Position numbers and translations under genes: made by a program. A stretch of DNA of 64,000 nt, taken from NCBI GenBank assembly GCA_963814585.1, contig CAWFDF010000011.1:96001-160000 (forward strand), in the 5' to 3' direction. The DNA is from an uncultured delta proteobacterium. Lineage in GTDB: Bacteria > Myxococcota > Myxococcia > Myxococcales > Anaeromyxobacteraceae. The notes under the pieces were generated by a model. The model had not been told where the DNA came from, searched no databases, and saw only the letters and a list, made by a program, of their open reading frames with translations. Below are positions 22,014-32,939 of the stretch, piece by piece. The first letter of the stretch is position 1. Each line of letters begins with the position of its first letter.

Positions 22014-22817
22014 TTGAAGTACCGGGAGTATCTGTGGGAGGGTACGTACCTCGCCCAGCCGGGCCAGGCGATGGGCTCGGCTGCAAGCTCGTTCCGGAGA
22101 GAGATGAGATCCCTCCTAAAGAAGTTCAGACCCTACGTCTTTGGCGGCCAGCAGGTCAGTCAGCGAGACGCGCTGGTGCTCGAGTTCATTGCGCGCCAGC
22201 CATCCGGCTCCATGCTACTGGACGCCGGCGCCGGACCGCAGCGCTTTCGAGCGAACTGTAGCCACCTCCGATATCTTTCGCAGGACTTCGGAGCCTACGC
22301 CGGTGGAGACGACTTCGCCGGTGAACCGCTGGAAGCCTGGAACAGCCAAGCCTGCGACATCATCTCCGACATCACCGACATCCCCCTGGAGACAGGTACG
22401 GTGGACTCGATTATTTGCGTCGAAGTTCTGGAGCACCTCCCCCAGCCAGCCGAAGCATTAGGGGAATTCGCGCGACTGCTCAAGCCCACCGGGCGTGTTC
22501 TGGTCACCGCACCCTTCAACTCCCAGTACCATCAGCTTCCTTACTTCTATTTCAGCGGCTTTTCGAGCGAGTTCTACAGGTTTTGCGCCGCGCGCCATGG
22601 TCTCCGAATTGTGCAGCTTTCCCCGATCGGCGATTACTACCACTCACTCGCTCAGGAACTGCTTCGGCTTCCGTTCTTGAAGTCGGGCATCCTGCTCAAG
22701 CTGCTCTCGGCCGTACTCCTCCTGCCCGCATACGCCTACATCTGGCTGCTGCACGCGCTGCAGATCCCGTCGCCCAGGAGCCCAATGTGCTATGTGGTCG
22801 AACTGCAGAGGGAGTGA
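22014..22817 (+). CDS. Class I SAM-dependent methyltransferase
   Basis: LLDAGAG, DSIICVEVLEHLP, RLLKPTG, TAPF; start uncertain. Confidence 0.85.
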   Translation: MKYREYLWEGTYLAQPGQAMGSAASSFRREMRSLLKKFRPYVFGGQQVSQRDALVLEFIARQPSGSMLLDAGAGPQRFRANCSHLRYLSQDFGAYAGGDDFAGEPLEAWNSQACDIISDITDIPLETGTVDSIICVEVLEHLPQPAEALGEFARLLKPTGRVLVTAPFNSQYHQLPYFYFSGFSSEFYRFCAARHGLRIVQLSPIGDYYHSLAQELLRLPFLKSGILLKLLSAVLLLPAYAYIWLLHALQIPSPRSPMCYVVELQRE

Positions 22818-22851
22818 CCGTGGATACCCTGCTGCAGTTTGGGCCGTATCC

Positions 22852-23772
22852 GTGAGCGCAACCGGGGCCCGCCAGGAGCGGTACTGCGCCGGCATCGTCC
22901 TCTTTCATCCCGAAGGCAGCGCCTATCTCGAGACTATCGAGGCCATCCGCAGCGCGGGCATCACCCCGATTGTCTTTGATAACTCCGAGGATCCCGCCGC
23001 GCGCGAGCGCATTCGGACCGCGGTGGCAGCGCGCTTCCCGTGCTCGGCCGTATTCCTGTCCGAGGGGGAAAACGTTGGACTCTCCGCCGCATACAACCGG
23101 ATCATCGAGGCGGCCGAGGCGCTAGGAATGGTCGAGGCGGTAATCCTCCTGGATCAAGATTCTACCATCCCTGTCCAATCGATCCACAACCTCATCGAAA
23201 CCTACCGCCGCGCCCTGGCCCGGCGACCTGTCGGTGTGCTGTCTGGCATGGCAATGCGTCCGGACCAGGTCCCGTATCGCTTCTACCCGGTGGGAGACCC
23301 AGACACTCTCCCCGGCCTGCTCCACGTTCGGATGGCGCCAAGCAGTTTCTCCCTCGTTCCGCTGTCGGCCGTTCGAGCAGTGGGGCGCTTCTACGACGAC
23401 TTCTTTATTGACCATATCGATGTAGACTTCTGCCTCCGATGCCACAGGCACGGTCTGCTGGTGGCCATCGATCCGAGCGCCCCGTTCCCGCACTTGATTG
23501 GTCATGGGCTGGTGACCGTTCTTGGGCACGCCGTGAGCCCGATCTCCTCACCGTTCCGCCATTACTACCAGGTCCGAAATATCATTCTCTCGGCTCGTCG
23601 CCGCGGTGCTTCTTGGTTCGAAGCTACCCGTGAAGTCACAAAGCGGTTCGTTGTGATCGGCATCGTTGGCTTCTCGGCGGGGGGAATACTTGCCCGGTAC
23701 GGCTTTGCCCTCCGTGGACTCAGCGATGGTCTCCGCGGTCGCGGAGGCCAGATGCCCCGGCAGATTGGCTAG
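22852..23772 (+). CDS. GT2 glycosyltransferase (rhamnosyltransferase-like)
   Basis: VFDNS, NVGLSAAYN, LLDQDS, FFIDHIDVDFCLR, YYQVRN; start uncertain. Confidence 0.85.
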   Translation: MSATGARQERYCAGIVLFHPEGSAYLETIEAIRSAGITPIVFDNSEDPAARERIRTAVAARFPCSAVFLSEGENVGLSAAYNRIIEAAEALGMVEAVILLDQDSTIPVQSIHNLIETYRRALARRPVGVLSGMAMRPDQVPYRFYPVGDPDTLPGLLHVRMAPSSFSLVPLSAVRAVGRFYDDFFIDHIDVDFCLRCHRHGLLVAIDPSAPFPHLIGHGLVTVLGHAVSPISSPFRHYYQVRNIILSARRRGASWFEATREVTKRFVVIGIVGFSAGGILARYGFALRGLSDGLRGRGGQMPRQIG

Positions 23773-24057
23773 ACCGGAGTCCGTGATTCGCGATCAGCCG
23801 CCGAACCGTGGAGGGACTGATACCACTGATGGGGTACGAAGAATCGGGCCAGGTCACCAGAGTCCACGCCTCTGAATCCATGGGCCTGCAGGCCAGGGCC
23901 GTTGGTGCTTCTGCGGACGCGGTATTGCACGGTGTGAGCGGCGAATTCCTCAGTCATTTCGTTTTCTCGCTTGATTGTTCCGAATCACGATCGGTCGTTT
24001 AGTTCTCGCCCAACTCACACCCGTACTCATTCACGTTTCCGGCCTCTCCGAGTAGCC

Positions 24058-25281
24058 ATGCCTGCCATTGCCCTTCTCGCGCTGTACCTGATCGGGACCC
24101 GGAGACAACCCTTCGCTAGTCGCCCGGATCGACTGCTCGCCGCGACATGGCTCCTGCTCCTCGGCGGGTACGAAATCTTGGGGGAGGGATTCGTTCCGCT
24201 CAGCAACGCGTTTCTCGCGATCTTCGCCTCTTTCTTCGTGCTGTTCGCCGTCTTCCACTGGCTGGGTCGAGTTGCGGCCAGCGCGCTTCCTCGCCTGGCG
24301 CTGCCCACGCTCTTCCGGCCGAACGTGGTGATCGTTCTCGGAATCTGCGCATCCATGGCGTCAATCACCCTGGCCCTCGGCGCGGCACGAAGCCCGGGCG
24401 TGCTGACGGCCATGGACTTTCGAGATCTGCTTGGCGACGCGGAAGGTGGACGCGTTTCTGTCGGTGTTGGCCTTACGTTTCCGCTGGCGTGCGGTGGCTG
24501 GTGTACGGCTCGCAAGCTCGGTCGGACCAGGACTGCCTGGTTCCTAGGCCTGCTGGTCCTGGCCGTGGCGATCATCTCTACGTCCAAGATCTTTCTGGCG
24601 CTCTTCCTCCTGTTCCTCATGCCTTGGTGGGGATCTCCGGTGCGGCTCCGGCGCTGGGCGATCGCGGGTGCGCTCGTCGCCGGCATCGCTTTCGGCCTAT
24701 CGCACGTACTCCTCGATAAGTTCTCATCCTCCCCTGAGGGGCGCCTCATGGGTGCCTTGGTCGACACATTCCAAGTGTACCTCTTCGGCGGTATTGCCGG
24801 CTTCCAGCAGGTGCTCGCCGGAACCGCCACATTCCCCGAGGGAGCAATGTGGAAGCCGATAGGCGACCTCCTTCCGGGGAGCCTCCGGGTGCCTCAGAGC
24901 GCCATCCTCCCCTGGACCACCGTCGGGGAATGGGAAACCAACGTCTACAGCGCGTTCGCCTACTGGTTCGACGCCTTCGACGCCGCCTCAGGAGTGGTGG
25001 TAGGAGCGGCGCTTGGCCTGTTCTACGGCCTCACATTCGGCCGCGAACGCGTTGGCTGCGCCATGGAGTTCATGCGAACCTACCTCCTGTTCCCGCTCCT
25101 CTTCATGTTCCACCAAGACTTCTTCCTACCTTCGTTGTTGGGCCACATTGGATTCCTGGGTGCGGCGCTGCTGCTAGACCTGACCGAATTGCCAATGCCG
25201 CTCACACCTGGCACGGGTTCGGACCAGGGCGCTCCGGAGGGGCCGGTCGACCCTACGTACGTCTTGGGCGAAGGCGGGTGA
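24058..25281 (+). CDS. Wzy-like O-antigen/oligosaccharide polymerase
   Basis: About 10 TM segments, STSK, VYLFGGI and TNVYS motifs; located in a polysaccharide cluster. Confidence 0.7.
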   Translation: MPAIALLALYLIGTRRQPFASRPDRLLAATWLLLLGGYEILGEGFVPLSNAFLAIFASFFVLFAVFHWLGRVAASALPRLALPTLFRPNVVIVLGICASMASITLALGAARSPGVLTAMDFRDLLGDAEGGRVSVGVGLTFPLACGGWCTARKLGRTRTAWFLGLLVLAVAIISTSKIFLALFLLFLMPWWGSPVRLRRWAIAGALVAGIAFGLSHVLLDKFSSSPEGRLMGALVDTFQVYLFGGIAGFQQVLAGTATFPEGAMWKPIGDLLPGSLRVPQSAILPWTTVGEWETNVYSAFAYWFDAFDAASGVVVGAALGLFYGLTFGRERVGCAMEFMRTYLLFPLLFMFHQDFFLPSLLGHIGFLGAALLLDLTELPMPLTPGTGSDQGAPEGPVDPTYVLGEGG

Positions 25282-26776
25282 CGATACGGTTCTTCAGGTC
25301 CGACAGGCCGTCGCGCTCGAGGAGCACCCTCCAGGTGAAGATGGACAACGACGCCAGTACCGTGCCGAGGAGCAGGGCCTTGGCGACCGCTGGAAGGCCC
25401 GCCAATGCCGTCGCAAACAGTACCAGCACCCCGGCCATCGCGAAGACCGATCGTGCGGTTGGCAGCAATGGGGCGCCAGTCGCCTGCCTCGCAAGCGCGC
25501 TCAACAGGAGCAAGTCCAAGCCAACACGGGCGGTCCACGCCACCGCCGTTCCGATGATGCCAAACCGCCCGGTGAGGACGATCACCAAAGCGACGTAGAG
25601 CGGCAACTCGAGCACGTGAATCCGTGCCGTCAAGTCGGCTCTGCCCGCGCCCTGGAGGAGACTGAACGGGATGTGGGCGATACCGTTAAGGAAGGTGCCG
25701 AGCGCGATCACCTGAGCGACTCGGAATGCGTTCCCCGCGAACTCCGATCCCATCCATGCCGTCAGGCCCTCTTCGGCGAACAACGCGATGGCGAGCGTCG
25801 GCACCAGCAAGACCAAGCCAGTATAGCGCACGCTGAGGCGATAGAGCCGTTGCCCCCCGGCGCGACCCGAGGCGGTTGCCGCGCTGAAGAGCGGGAAGAG
25901 GACACCTACAACCGCCCCTGGAAGGAGGAGCGCCTTGGTGACCACCTCCCAAGGGGTCGCATACCAGGCCACCGCCTCGAGTGAGACGCGACTCCCAAGA
26001 AGGAAGCGGTCCATGTAGACCAAGATCGGGCTGATGACGTTCGAGACCGTCATCCATCCACCCAGCCTGAGCAATGGTCGAACCTGTCCTGGGTCGAACT
26101 TGGGGCCATGCAGCATGAGAGGCAGGCCACGGAGACACGCAGTGGCAAACGCCACCCACGCCACCAAGCGGCCCGCAAAGAGCACGCCCGCCACCCAGGC
26201 GAGGCTGCGCGTGCCGAAAGGGACGAGCAGGAGCGGGCCCGCGACGAACCACACCCCCAGGGGCGCGCGGATCAAGTTACTCGCGAGGAAGCGGCCCTGC
26301 GCTTCAATCACCCCTCGAAGCCCGGCGGTGGTCACGACGAAGGGGACTGTCAGCGCGAGGATGCGAACCGCTGTGATCGCCTCTGGCTGCATTCCGGGTG
26401 GGATCGCAAGAGCCGTTGCCACTAGCCAGTTGGCCGCCAGGGCCATGGACAAGCCGGCGACCACTCCCAGCGCCGCGATGATCGCCAGGCCCGTCCAGAC
26501 CAGGCGTGGAATAGTGATCTCGAGCGGAGTTGCGATTCGCTCCGCCACGACCTTGGTGAGGGCTCGGCCGAGCCCCAAATCGAAGAGCCCGAAGTATCCG
26601 ATGATGGCCCAGGCCAGCGTCAGGAACCCGACTCGCTCAGTCCCGAGATTCCGATTGAGGGCTGGAAAGCCGACAACGGCCGCCAGGACCGGGATGAGTG
26701 CGCCAACGAGGTTGATGGTGGCATTGGAGGCTATCGCCAGCGGCGCTGTGCTTATAGCCTTGAGAGGGGAGTTCAT
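25253..26776 (-). CDS. wzx: Wzx flippase
   Basis: FDLGLGRALTK, MDRFLLG, YATPWEV, many TM helices. Confidence 0.88.
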   Translation of the reverse strand: MNSPLKAISTAPLAIASNATINLVGALIPVLAAVVGFPALNRNLGTERVGFLTLAWAIIGYFGLFDLGLGRALTKVVAERIATPLEITIPRLVWTGLAIIAALGVVAGLSMALAANWLVATALAIPPGMQPEAITAVRILALTVPFVVTTAGLRGVIEAQGRFLASNLIRAPLGVWFVAGPLLLVPFGTRSLAWVAGVLFAGRLVAWVAFATACLRGLPLMLHGPKFDPGQVRPLLRLGGWMTVSNVISPILVYMDRFLLGSRVSLEAVAWYATPWEVVTKALLLPGAVVGVLFPLFSAATASGRAGGQRLYRLSVRYTGLVLLVPTLAIALFAEEGLTAWMGSEFAGNAFRVAQVIALGTFLNGIAHIPFSLLQGAGRADLTARIHVLELPLYVALVIVLTGRFGIIGTAVAWTARVGLDLLLLSALARQATGAPLLPTARSVFAMAGVLVLFATALAGLPAVAKALLLGTVLASLSIFTWRVLLERDGLSDLKNRIVTRLRPRRT

Positions 26777-26982
26777 CGGCTGCTGGATTCTTGGTCGCTT
26801 CCCGCGCGCGGAGGCTCAGAAGAACTGCATATTAGTCTATCATTCTGCGACCTGGAGCGCTCAGGGGTGTTAGCGTTCAAGTGTCAGCCGGAGCCATCCC
26901 AGGCCGGTGCACCGCGTGTCCTGAGAGCCGATCGGACTTCTCCCGGCCTGATGGCCATTCACCCTCGGAGGATCGCCGTCGC

Positions 26983-28975
26983 ATGTGCGGATTCGCAGGC
27001 TTCCTGTGTCCCCCAGGCTCCGCCGATCACCTCACATCCCTGGCGCGCCGCATGGCCCGGACCATTGCCCACCGTGGTCCAGACGACGAGGGCGTCTGGG
27101 TGGACCCCCTTGGCTCGGTCGCGCTCGGCTTCCGCCGGCTGGCCATCCTCGACCTCACGCCCGAGGGCCGCCAACCCATGGCGTCGGCCGATGCCAGGTA
27201 TGTCGTCACTTTCAACGGAGAGATCTACAACTTCGACGCGCTCCGGAGTGAGTTAGCGACACTCGGGCATCGCTTTCGAGGCCGATCTGATACCGAAGTA
27301 CTGCTCGCCGCCGTGGTCCAGTGGGGCATCGAGCAGACCCTCCCTCGACTTTGGGGCATGTTCGCACTTGCTCTCTGGGATGGCCGTGAGCGGCTTCTGC
27401 ACCTCGGCCGTGATCGGCTCGGGAAGAAGCCTCTCTATTTCGGCTGGCAGGGTGACGTATTCCTCTTCGGGTCGGAGCTCAAGGCACTTCGTGCGCACCC
27501 TGCGTTTGCAGCGACGGTAGATCGCGACGCGCTGACGAGCTACCTGCGCTTCTCCTATGTCCCTGCCCCGCAGTCCATCCACCGCGGAATCGCCAAGTTA
27601 CCCGCCGCATCCTGGGTCACCATTCGACCCGACCAGCCAGGCCACGTGCCTCCGTTCCGGCGCTACTGGGATTCTGATGGCCCTGGCACGGTCCGGTGAA
27701 GCTTCGCCGGTTTTAGTTAGCGACTCGGAGGCCACCGACGTTCTGGACCAGCTCCTGCGAGATGCCGTCCGGCTGCGCGCCGTGGCCGACGTGCCCCTCG
27801 GTGCATTCCTGTCGGGAGGCATCGACTCATCCACGGTGGTTGCGCTACTGCAGGCGGAGACCTCGAAGCGAGTCCGGACCTTCACCATTGGATACGCCCA
27901 GACGGAGTACGACGAGTCGGCCCACGCTCGCGAGGTGGCCCAGCACCTGGGAACGGACCACACCACGCTCGTAGTGACGCCCGAGGAGGCGATGGCGGTC
28001 ATCCCCCACCTTCCCGTGCTCTATGATGAGCCGTTCGCGGACGCCTCCCAGATTCCGACCTTCCTGGTCTCGAAACTGGCGCGGAGCCGCGTCACCGTTG
28101 CGCTCTCAGGTGATGGGGGCGACGAGTCATTTGGCGGGTACACCCGCTACGTCGCAGGGATGGGGCTCTGGCTGAGCCCGCAGCAATGGGCTGAGCCCAT
28201 CCGGCGAGCCCTCGCCTCGGCCTTGATGGCCGCGACGCCCTCCAGTTGGAGCCGCTTGGGGGCGCTTCTCGATCCTCTCCTTCCGCGACGGATCCGGGGC
28301 CAATTGACGGGGAACCGGGTCCAGAAGCTCGCGACGGTGCTCGGCGCGACAGACCTCCGGGAAGTCTACCTGAGCCTAGTGTCCACTTGGCCCAAGCCCG
28401 AAGCGGTGGCGCGCGGCGGCACGGAGGCATTCAGTTCGCTTCCCGCCTGGCACGCGAGCGAGGCCTTGCGCTCGCCCGCCCATCGGATGATGCTCCTCGA
28501 CGTCCTCGGTTACCTGCCAGATGACGTTCTGGTGAAGGTGGACCGGGCCAGCATGGCCGTAGGGCTGGAGGCGCGCGCACCGCTGCTCGATCACCGGGTT
28601 GTCGAGTTCGCCTGGAGCCTTCCCATCGATCAGAAGATTCGAGGCCGGGAGGGCAAGTGGCTCCTCCGCCAGGTGCTGGAGCGCTATGTGCCGCGCGCTC
28701 TGTTCGAGCGGCCCAAGCAGGGGTTTGGGGTTCCGATTGATGCATGGCTTCGCGGTCCCCTTCGCGACTGGGCAGAGGATCTCCTCTCGGAAGAACGGCT
28801 GCGGCGGGAGGGATACCTGGCGCCCGCTCCGATCCGGTCTGCCTGGCAGGAGCACCTGGCGGGTTCGGCCAACCGCCAGCAGCAGATCTGGGCCGTGTTG
28901 ATGTTCCAGGCCTGGCTGGCCTCCAATGGCGAAGCGTCAGCTCAGCCGCGCCTGGGCTCGCCGTCTGCCCCGTAG
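26983..28975 (+). CDS. asnB: Asparagine synthase-like glutamine amidotransferase; +1 frameshift near 27672
   Basis: MCGFAG, HRGPDDEG, NGEIYN, DRLGKKPL, then LSGGIDSS, SGDGGDE, KVDRASM, RPKQGF in the next frame. Confidence 0.9.
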
Positions 28976-29970
28976 TAGCCGAGGTACCACTCGGCGAGCC
29001 GCGCCAGGCCATCATCGAGGGAGGTCGTTGGACGGAAGCCAACAGCCCGCTCCAGGGCTGAGGCGTCGGCATGGGTCGCAAGCACGTCGCCAGGCTGCAT
29101 CGGTGCCATCAAGAGCGTGGCCTTTCGCCCGAGCGCCTTCTCCAGAGCGCGAATGAAGTCCAGCAGGCCGACTGGTTGGCTATTGCCAACGTTGTAGATC
29201 CGGTACGGAGCAGCACTCCGGCACACGTCGCCGCCATCGCTCCTCCAAGTCGGGTCCACGACGGGCACCAGCGGAATCACGCGCACCACGCCCTCAACGA
29301 TATCATCCACGTAGGTGAAGTCGCGGGTGAGGTTCCCATAGTTGTAGACCTGGATCGGCTTCCCGATAAGGATTGCCTTGGTGAAGAGCATGGGTGCCAT
29401 GTCGGGCCGGCCCCACGGCCCGTAGACCGTGAAGAAGCGCAGCCCGGTCACCGGCAAGCCGTACACATGGCTGTAGGAATGGGCCATGAGCTCGTTCGCC
29501 TTCTTGGTTGCGGCGTAGAGGCTCTCAGGATGATTGACGTTGTCGTTCTCCGAGAAGGGCACCTTGATGTTCCCGCCGTATACGGAGCTAGAACTCGCGA
29601 AGACGAGGTGCCGGACGCCGTGGCGCCGGCATTCCTCGAGCACGTTCAGGAACCCGACAATGTTGCTGTCCACGTAGGCGCGCGGGTTCTCCAGCGAGTA
29701 GCGAACACCCGCTTGGGCAGCCAAGTGAACCACGACCTCCGGAGGCCTCACATTGAAGGCTCTCCTCATGCCCTCGGCGTCGGACAGGTCGCACCTCTCG
29801 AAAGCGAATCCAGGCCGAGAACTCAGCAGGGCCAAGCGATTGAGCTTCAACTGAACATCGTAGTAGGGGTTGAGGTTGTCGAGCCCCACGATTTCCATGC
29901 CCGCATCGAGCAGTCTCTGCGCCACGAAGAAGCCAATGAAGCCCGCGACCCCCGTCACGAGCACTTTCAT
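28942..29970 (-). CDS. NAD-dependent epimerase (UDP-glucuronate 4-epimerase-like)
   Basis: TGVAGFIG, HLAAQAGVRYSLENP, YAATK, GPWGRPDMA. Confidence 0.92.
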   Translation of the reverse strand: MKVLVTGVAGFIGFFVAQRLLDAGMEIVGLDNLNPYYDVQLKLNRLALLSSRPGFAFERCDLSDAEGMRRAFNVRPPEVVVHLAAQAGVRYSLENPRAYVDSNIVGFLNVLEECRRHGVRHLVFASSSSVYGGNIKVPFSENDNVNHPESLYAATKKANELMAHSYSHVYGLPVTGLRFFTVYGPWGRPDMAPMLFTKAILIGKPIQVYNYGNLTRDFTYVDDIVEGVVRVIPLVPVVDPTWRSDGGDVCRSAAPYRIYNVGNSQPVGLLDFIRALEKALGRKATLLMAPMQPGDVLATHADASALERAVGFRPTTSLDDGLARLAEWYLGYYGADGEPRRG

Positions 29971-31112
29971 CGCGATCCTCCGGAATCCCCGAGGACTTCT
30001 GAGTAGATGCCAAGCGTTTGCTCGACGACCTGCGTCACGGCGAACTCCTTCTCGACCAGCGCACGGCCTGCCCGGCCGAAGGCAGCACGAAGGTCTTGGT
30101 CTGCCACCAGCCGGGTCAAGGCACCAGCCAGGGCGCCGGAGTCGCGTGGCGGAACCAGCAGTCCGTTCCGGTTGTGCTGGACGATTTCGCGGCAACCAGG
30201 CATGTCGGTCGTGACGATGGCGCGACCACAGGCCGCCGCCTCGATGAGCACCTTGGGCACCCCTTCGCCGTACGTGCTCGGCAGGGCCACCACGTTGCTG
30301 GAGGCGAGGACTGCTGGCATATCCCCGCGGTGGCCCCACCATTCGACCACGCCTTCGCGCACCCAGCGCTTCAACTGTTCCTCCGGCACGGCCTCGAGGC
30401 TCGCGGGGTCGGTACTGCCCACTAATGCCATCCGGACCGGGATTCCTTGCGCTTGGAGTTGCCGGGCCGCCTCTACGAACTCCCTCACGCCCTTTGGCCA
30501 GAGCATTCGTGCTGGCAGGATGACTAGTGGGACACCGCGCTCCTCATCCGTGGTGCAGTAGACGGATGGATCTACGCCGGAACCTCGAATGACAACCGTC
30601 GTGGCCTCCTCGACGAGTCCCACTCGAACGAACGCGTCTCGATCCTCGGGGTGCTGGAAGATGAAGCGAGCCCGGGGATGACTGAGCGCAGTCCGGCCCA
30701 GGGCGGCGATCATGGAGCGGAGGATGCGCGCTTTGAGGTCGTCGCTGGAGTACACATATCCGAGTCCGGTCAGGGCATTGACGACGGCCGGCACTCCGGT
30801 GAGTCGCGCGGCCAGGGTCCCGTACAGGACGGCCTTCAGGGAAACGTGGTGAACGATCCGGGGTCGCAGCGTGCGGTAGAGGCGCGTCAGCGCCAGGAGC
30901 GTGGGCACCTCGGTCCAGGGAGCCGCGCCCGACCGAGCGAGCGGAAAGGGATGGACGACGAACCCCATGCTCCGCAGCGCATCCACCTCTGGCGCCTCGG
31001 GCACGGCGATGTGTACGTCGAACCCCGCTTCTCGCGCGCCAATCGCCACCGGAAGCCGATGCGTCACGAAGAACTGGGCTCGGTTGGCGACGAATACGAT
31101 TCGGGGGTTCAT
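29967..31112 (-). CDS. GT4 glycosyltransferase (CapM-like)
   Basis: ARMLWPKGV, EGVPKVLIEAAA, TTDMPGCRE. Confidence 0.9.
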   Translation of the reverse strand: MNPRIVFVANRAQFFVTHRLPVAIGAREAGFDVHIAVPEAPEVDALRSMGFVVHPFPLARSGAAPWTEVPTLLALTRLYRTLRPRIVHHVSLKAVLYGTLAARLTGVPAVVNALTGLGYVYSSDDLKARILRSMIAALGRTALSHPRARFIFQHPEDRDAFVRVGLVEEATTVVIRGSGVDPSVYCTTDEERGVPLVILPARMLWPKGVREFVEAARQLQAQGIPVRMALVGSTDPASLEAVPEEQLKRWVREGVVEWWGHRGDMPAVLASSNVVALPSTYGEGVPKVLIEAAACGRAIVTTDMPGCREIVQHNRNGLLVPPRDSGALAGALTRLVADQDLRAAFGRAGRALVEKEFAVTQVVEQTLGIYSEVLGDSGGSR

Positions 31113-31299
31113 CGCCTCCTGTAGACCCGCGGCGACTTGAGCGCAACCTTCCGTTCCTACCACGCAACTGCCAGATCTCGCCATGCTAAGGCTTTCGAAA
31201 CGCTATTCGATTGGAACTGCCAGCGCTGGGAGCATGTCGTTACTCTGATGTCTGGGCGGCGCCGGACCCGGCTCTTGTCTTGGGGGACGCCGCAATGCC

Positions 31300-32766
31300 T
31301 CATCGCTGCGTCCCCGTCGCCTCGACCATCCACCGGCCATTGACCGCACGGGTCGCGACCAACCTGCCAACCGCCGGGGCGAGATTGCTGCACAGCTCCT
31401 CGATTGCCACTTCGGTGTCACGGTCCATGCTGGTCCGGCCGTCGGTCCAGCCCAGTTCGATGTGGCTCTCCCCGGGACGCTCCGGCACCAGCCCGTAACG
31501 GACACGGAAGAGGGCTGGTGTCCGGTCCTGGGTCCCGATGGCCCACTCCACGGCGCCAGTCGGGCCGACGACTCGCAGCCCGACGCATTCGGCTTCCAGC
31601 GCGCGGGCGGCATCCACCGTGGCAGCCCACACGTCGTCTTTGTCGCGAGCGGCGCGAAGCCGCGTGCCGACGCTCCTCATGGCGCTGCGCACGACGAAAT
31701 TCCGCCTTCGGGCCGCGGCCCATTGCTGGGTCTCGCTCAGCCGGATGAACCCGAGCCGACGCAGGACCAGGTATGCCGTGCCCGCCAGCGCCAGCAGGAA
31801 CCAGAGCGCCACCGAGCGCGACGCGAAGGCCACCACCATGGCGGAGGCGCCGAGCGCCACCGAGCCAGCATAGAGCGCCAGGACGGTCTGGCGGTGCGAG
31901 AGACCCATGTCGAGAAGCCGGTGATGGATGTGACCTCGGTCACCGCGGAAGAGCGGGACCCCGCGTGCGGCGCGACGTCCCATGGCCAATGCCGTGTCCG
32001 CAATCGGGATGCCCAGCGCGATGATGGGGACGAAGAGCGCGACCGACGAGGAGGGCTGTTCGTTGGTGTGGATCGCCAGCAGGCCAAGCAGGAACCCCAG
32101 GAACATGCTCCCGGTATCGCCCATGAAGATGGTGGCCGGGTTGAAGTTGAACACCAGGAACCCCAGCACGGCTCCGGCCAAGGCCACGGCCACCTGGACC
32201 ACCAGGAGGTGACCGGTGACCAGGCCGATGGCGATGGTCACTCCGGCGGCTATGACCGCGATGCCCCCGGCCAGTCCGTCGAGCCCGTCGATCAGGTTCA
32301 GCGCGTTGATGACGCCCGCGATCCAGACCATCGTGAAGGGCATCGCCAGGATTCCGAGGTGAATGGGTGCCCCCAGCGGCGTGACGATGGTCTCGATCCG
32401 GAAGCCGCCCCAGTACGCCAGGGCAGCGACGGCGAACTGCACCACGAACTTCAGCTTGGCATCGGCACCCCTGAGGTCGTCGATGATGCCGAGGCCAGCG
32501 ATTATCGCGCCACCGCCTAGAAGCGTGGCGATCCGTCCCAGGTCCTCCGGCGCGAAGCCCGAGAAGGCCAGCTGACCGATGAAGACCGCGAAGAAGGCGA
32601 TAACGATGGCCACGCCTCCCACCCGCGGAACTGGGATCTCGTGGACCTTGCGGGAGGTCAACGCGCGGTCCACGGCGCCGAAGCGATTGGCGAGGCTGCG
32701 GACGAGCCGTGTCAGCGCCAGGCCGAGTCCAATCGCGACGATGAATGAGATGACGCCTGCCGACAC
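31300..32766 (-). CDS. wecA: WecA/MraY-family undecaprenyl-phosphate HexNAc-1-P transferase with C-terminal extension
   Basis: PRVGG, GIIDD, NLIDGLDGL, IFMGDTGS, HIHHRL; GTG after GGAGG. Confidence 0.88.
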   Translation of the reverse strand: MSAGVISFIVAIGLGLALTRLVRSLANRFGAVDRALTSRKVHEIPVPRVGGVAIVIAFFAVFIGQLAFSGFAPEDLGRIATLLGGGAIIAGLGIIDDLRGADAKLKFVVQFAVAALAYWGGFRIETIVTPLGAPIHLGILAMPFTMVWIAGVINALNLIDGLDGLAGGIAVIAAGVTIAIGLVTGHLLVVQVAVALAGAVLGFLVFNFNPATIFMGDTGSMFLGFLLGLLAIHTNEQPSSSVALFVPIIALGIPIADTALAMGRRAARGVPLFRGDRGHIHHRLLDMGLSHRQTVLALYAGSVALGASAMVVAFASRSVALWFLLALAGTAYLVLRRLGFIRLSETQQWAAARRRNFVVRSAMRSVGTRLRAARDKDDVWAATVDAARALEAECVGLRVVGPTGAVEWAIGTQDRTPALFRVRYGLVPERPGESHIELGWTDGRTSMDRDTEVAIEELCSNLAPAVGRLVATRAVNGRWMVEATGTQR

Positions 32767-32909
32767 CTGAACCTCCGACCGCCGAGATGAACCCTGAGAC
32801 CGCCCCTCACCCCTGACGCTTCGATCCGAATTGGCCGTTGCTTCAAGGTCAACCCGGTCGGGTTGAAACCGGCCAGGAGCAACGACCCCTCTTCCTGTTG
32901 GGGGAAGGG

Positions 32910-32939
32910 ATACTACGGATGTGACGGACCTACGGTCAA
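32910..32939 (-). promoter_or_regulatory. Putative sigma70 promoter for wecA
   Basis: TTGACC-N18-TAGTAT. Confidence 0.5.
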
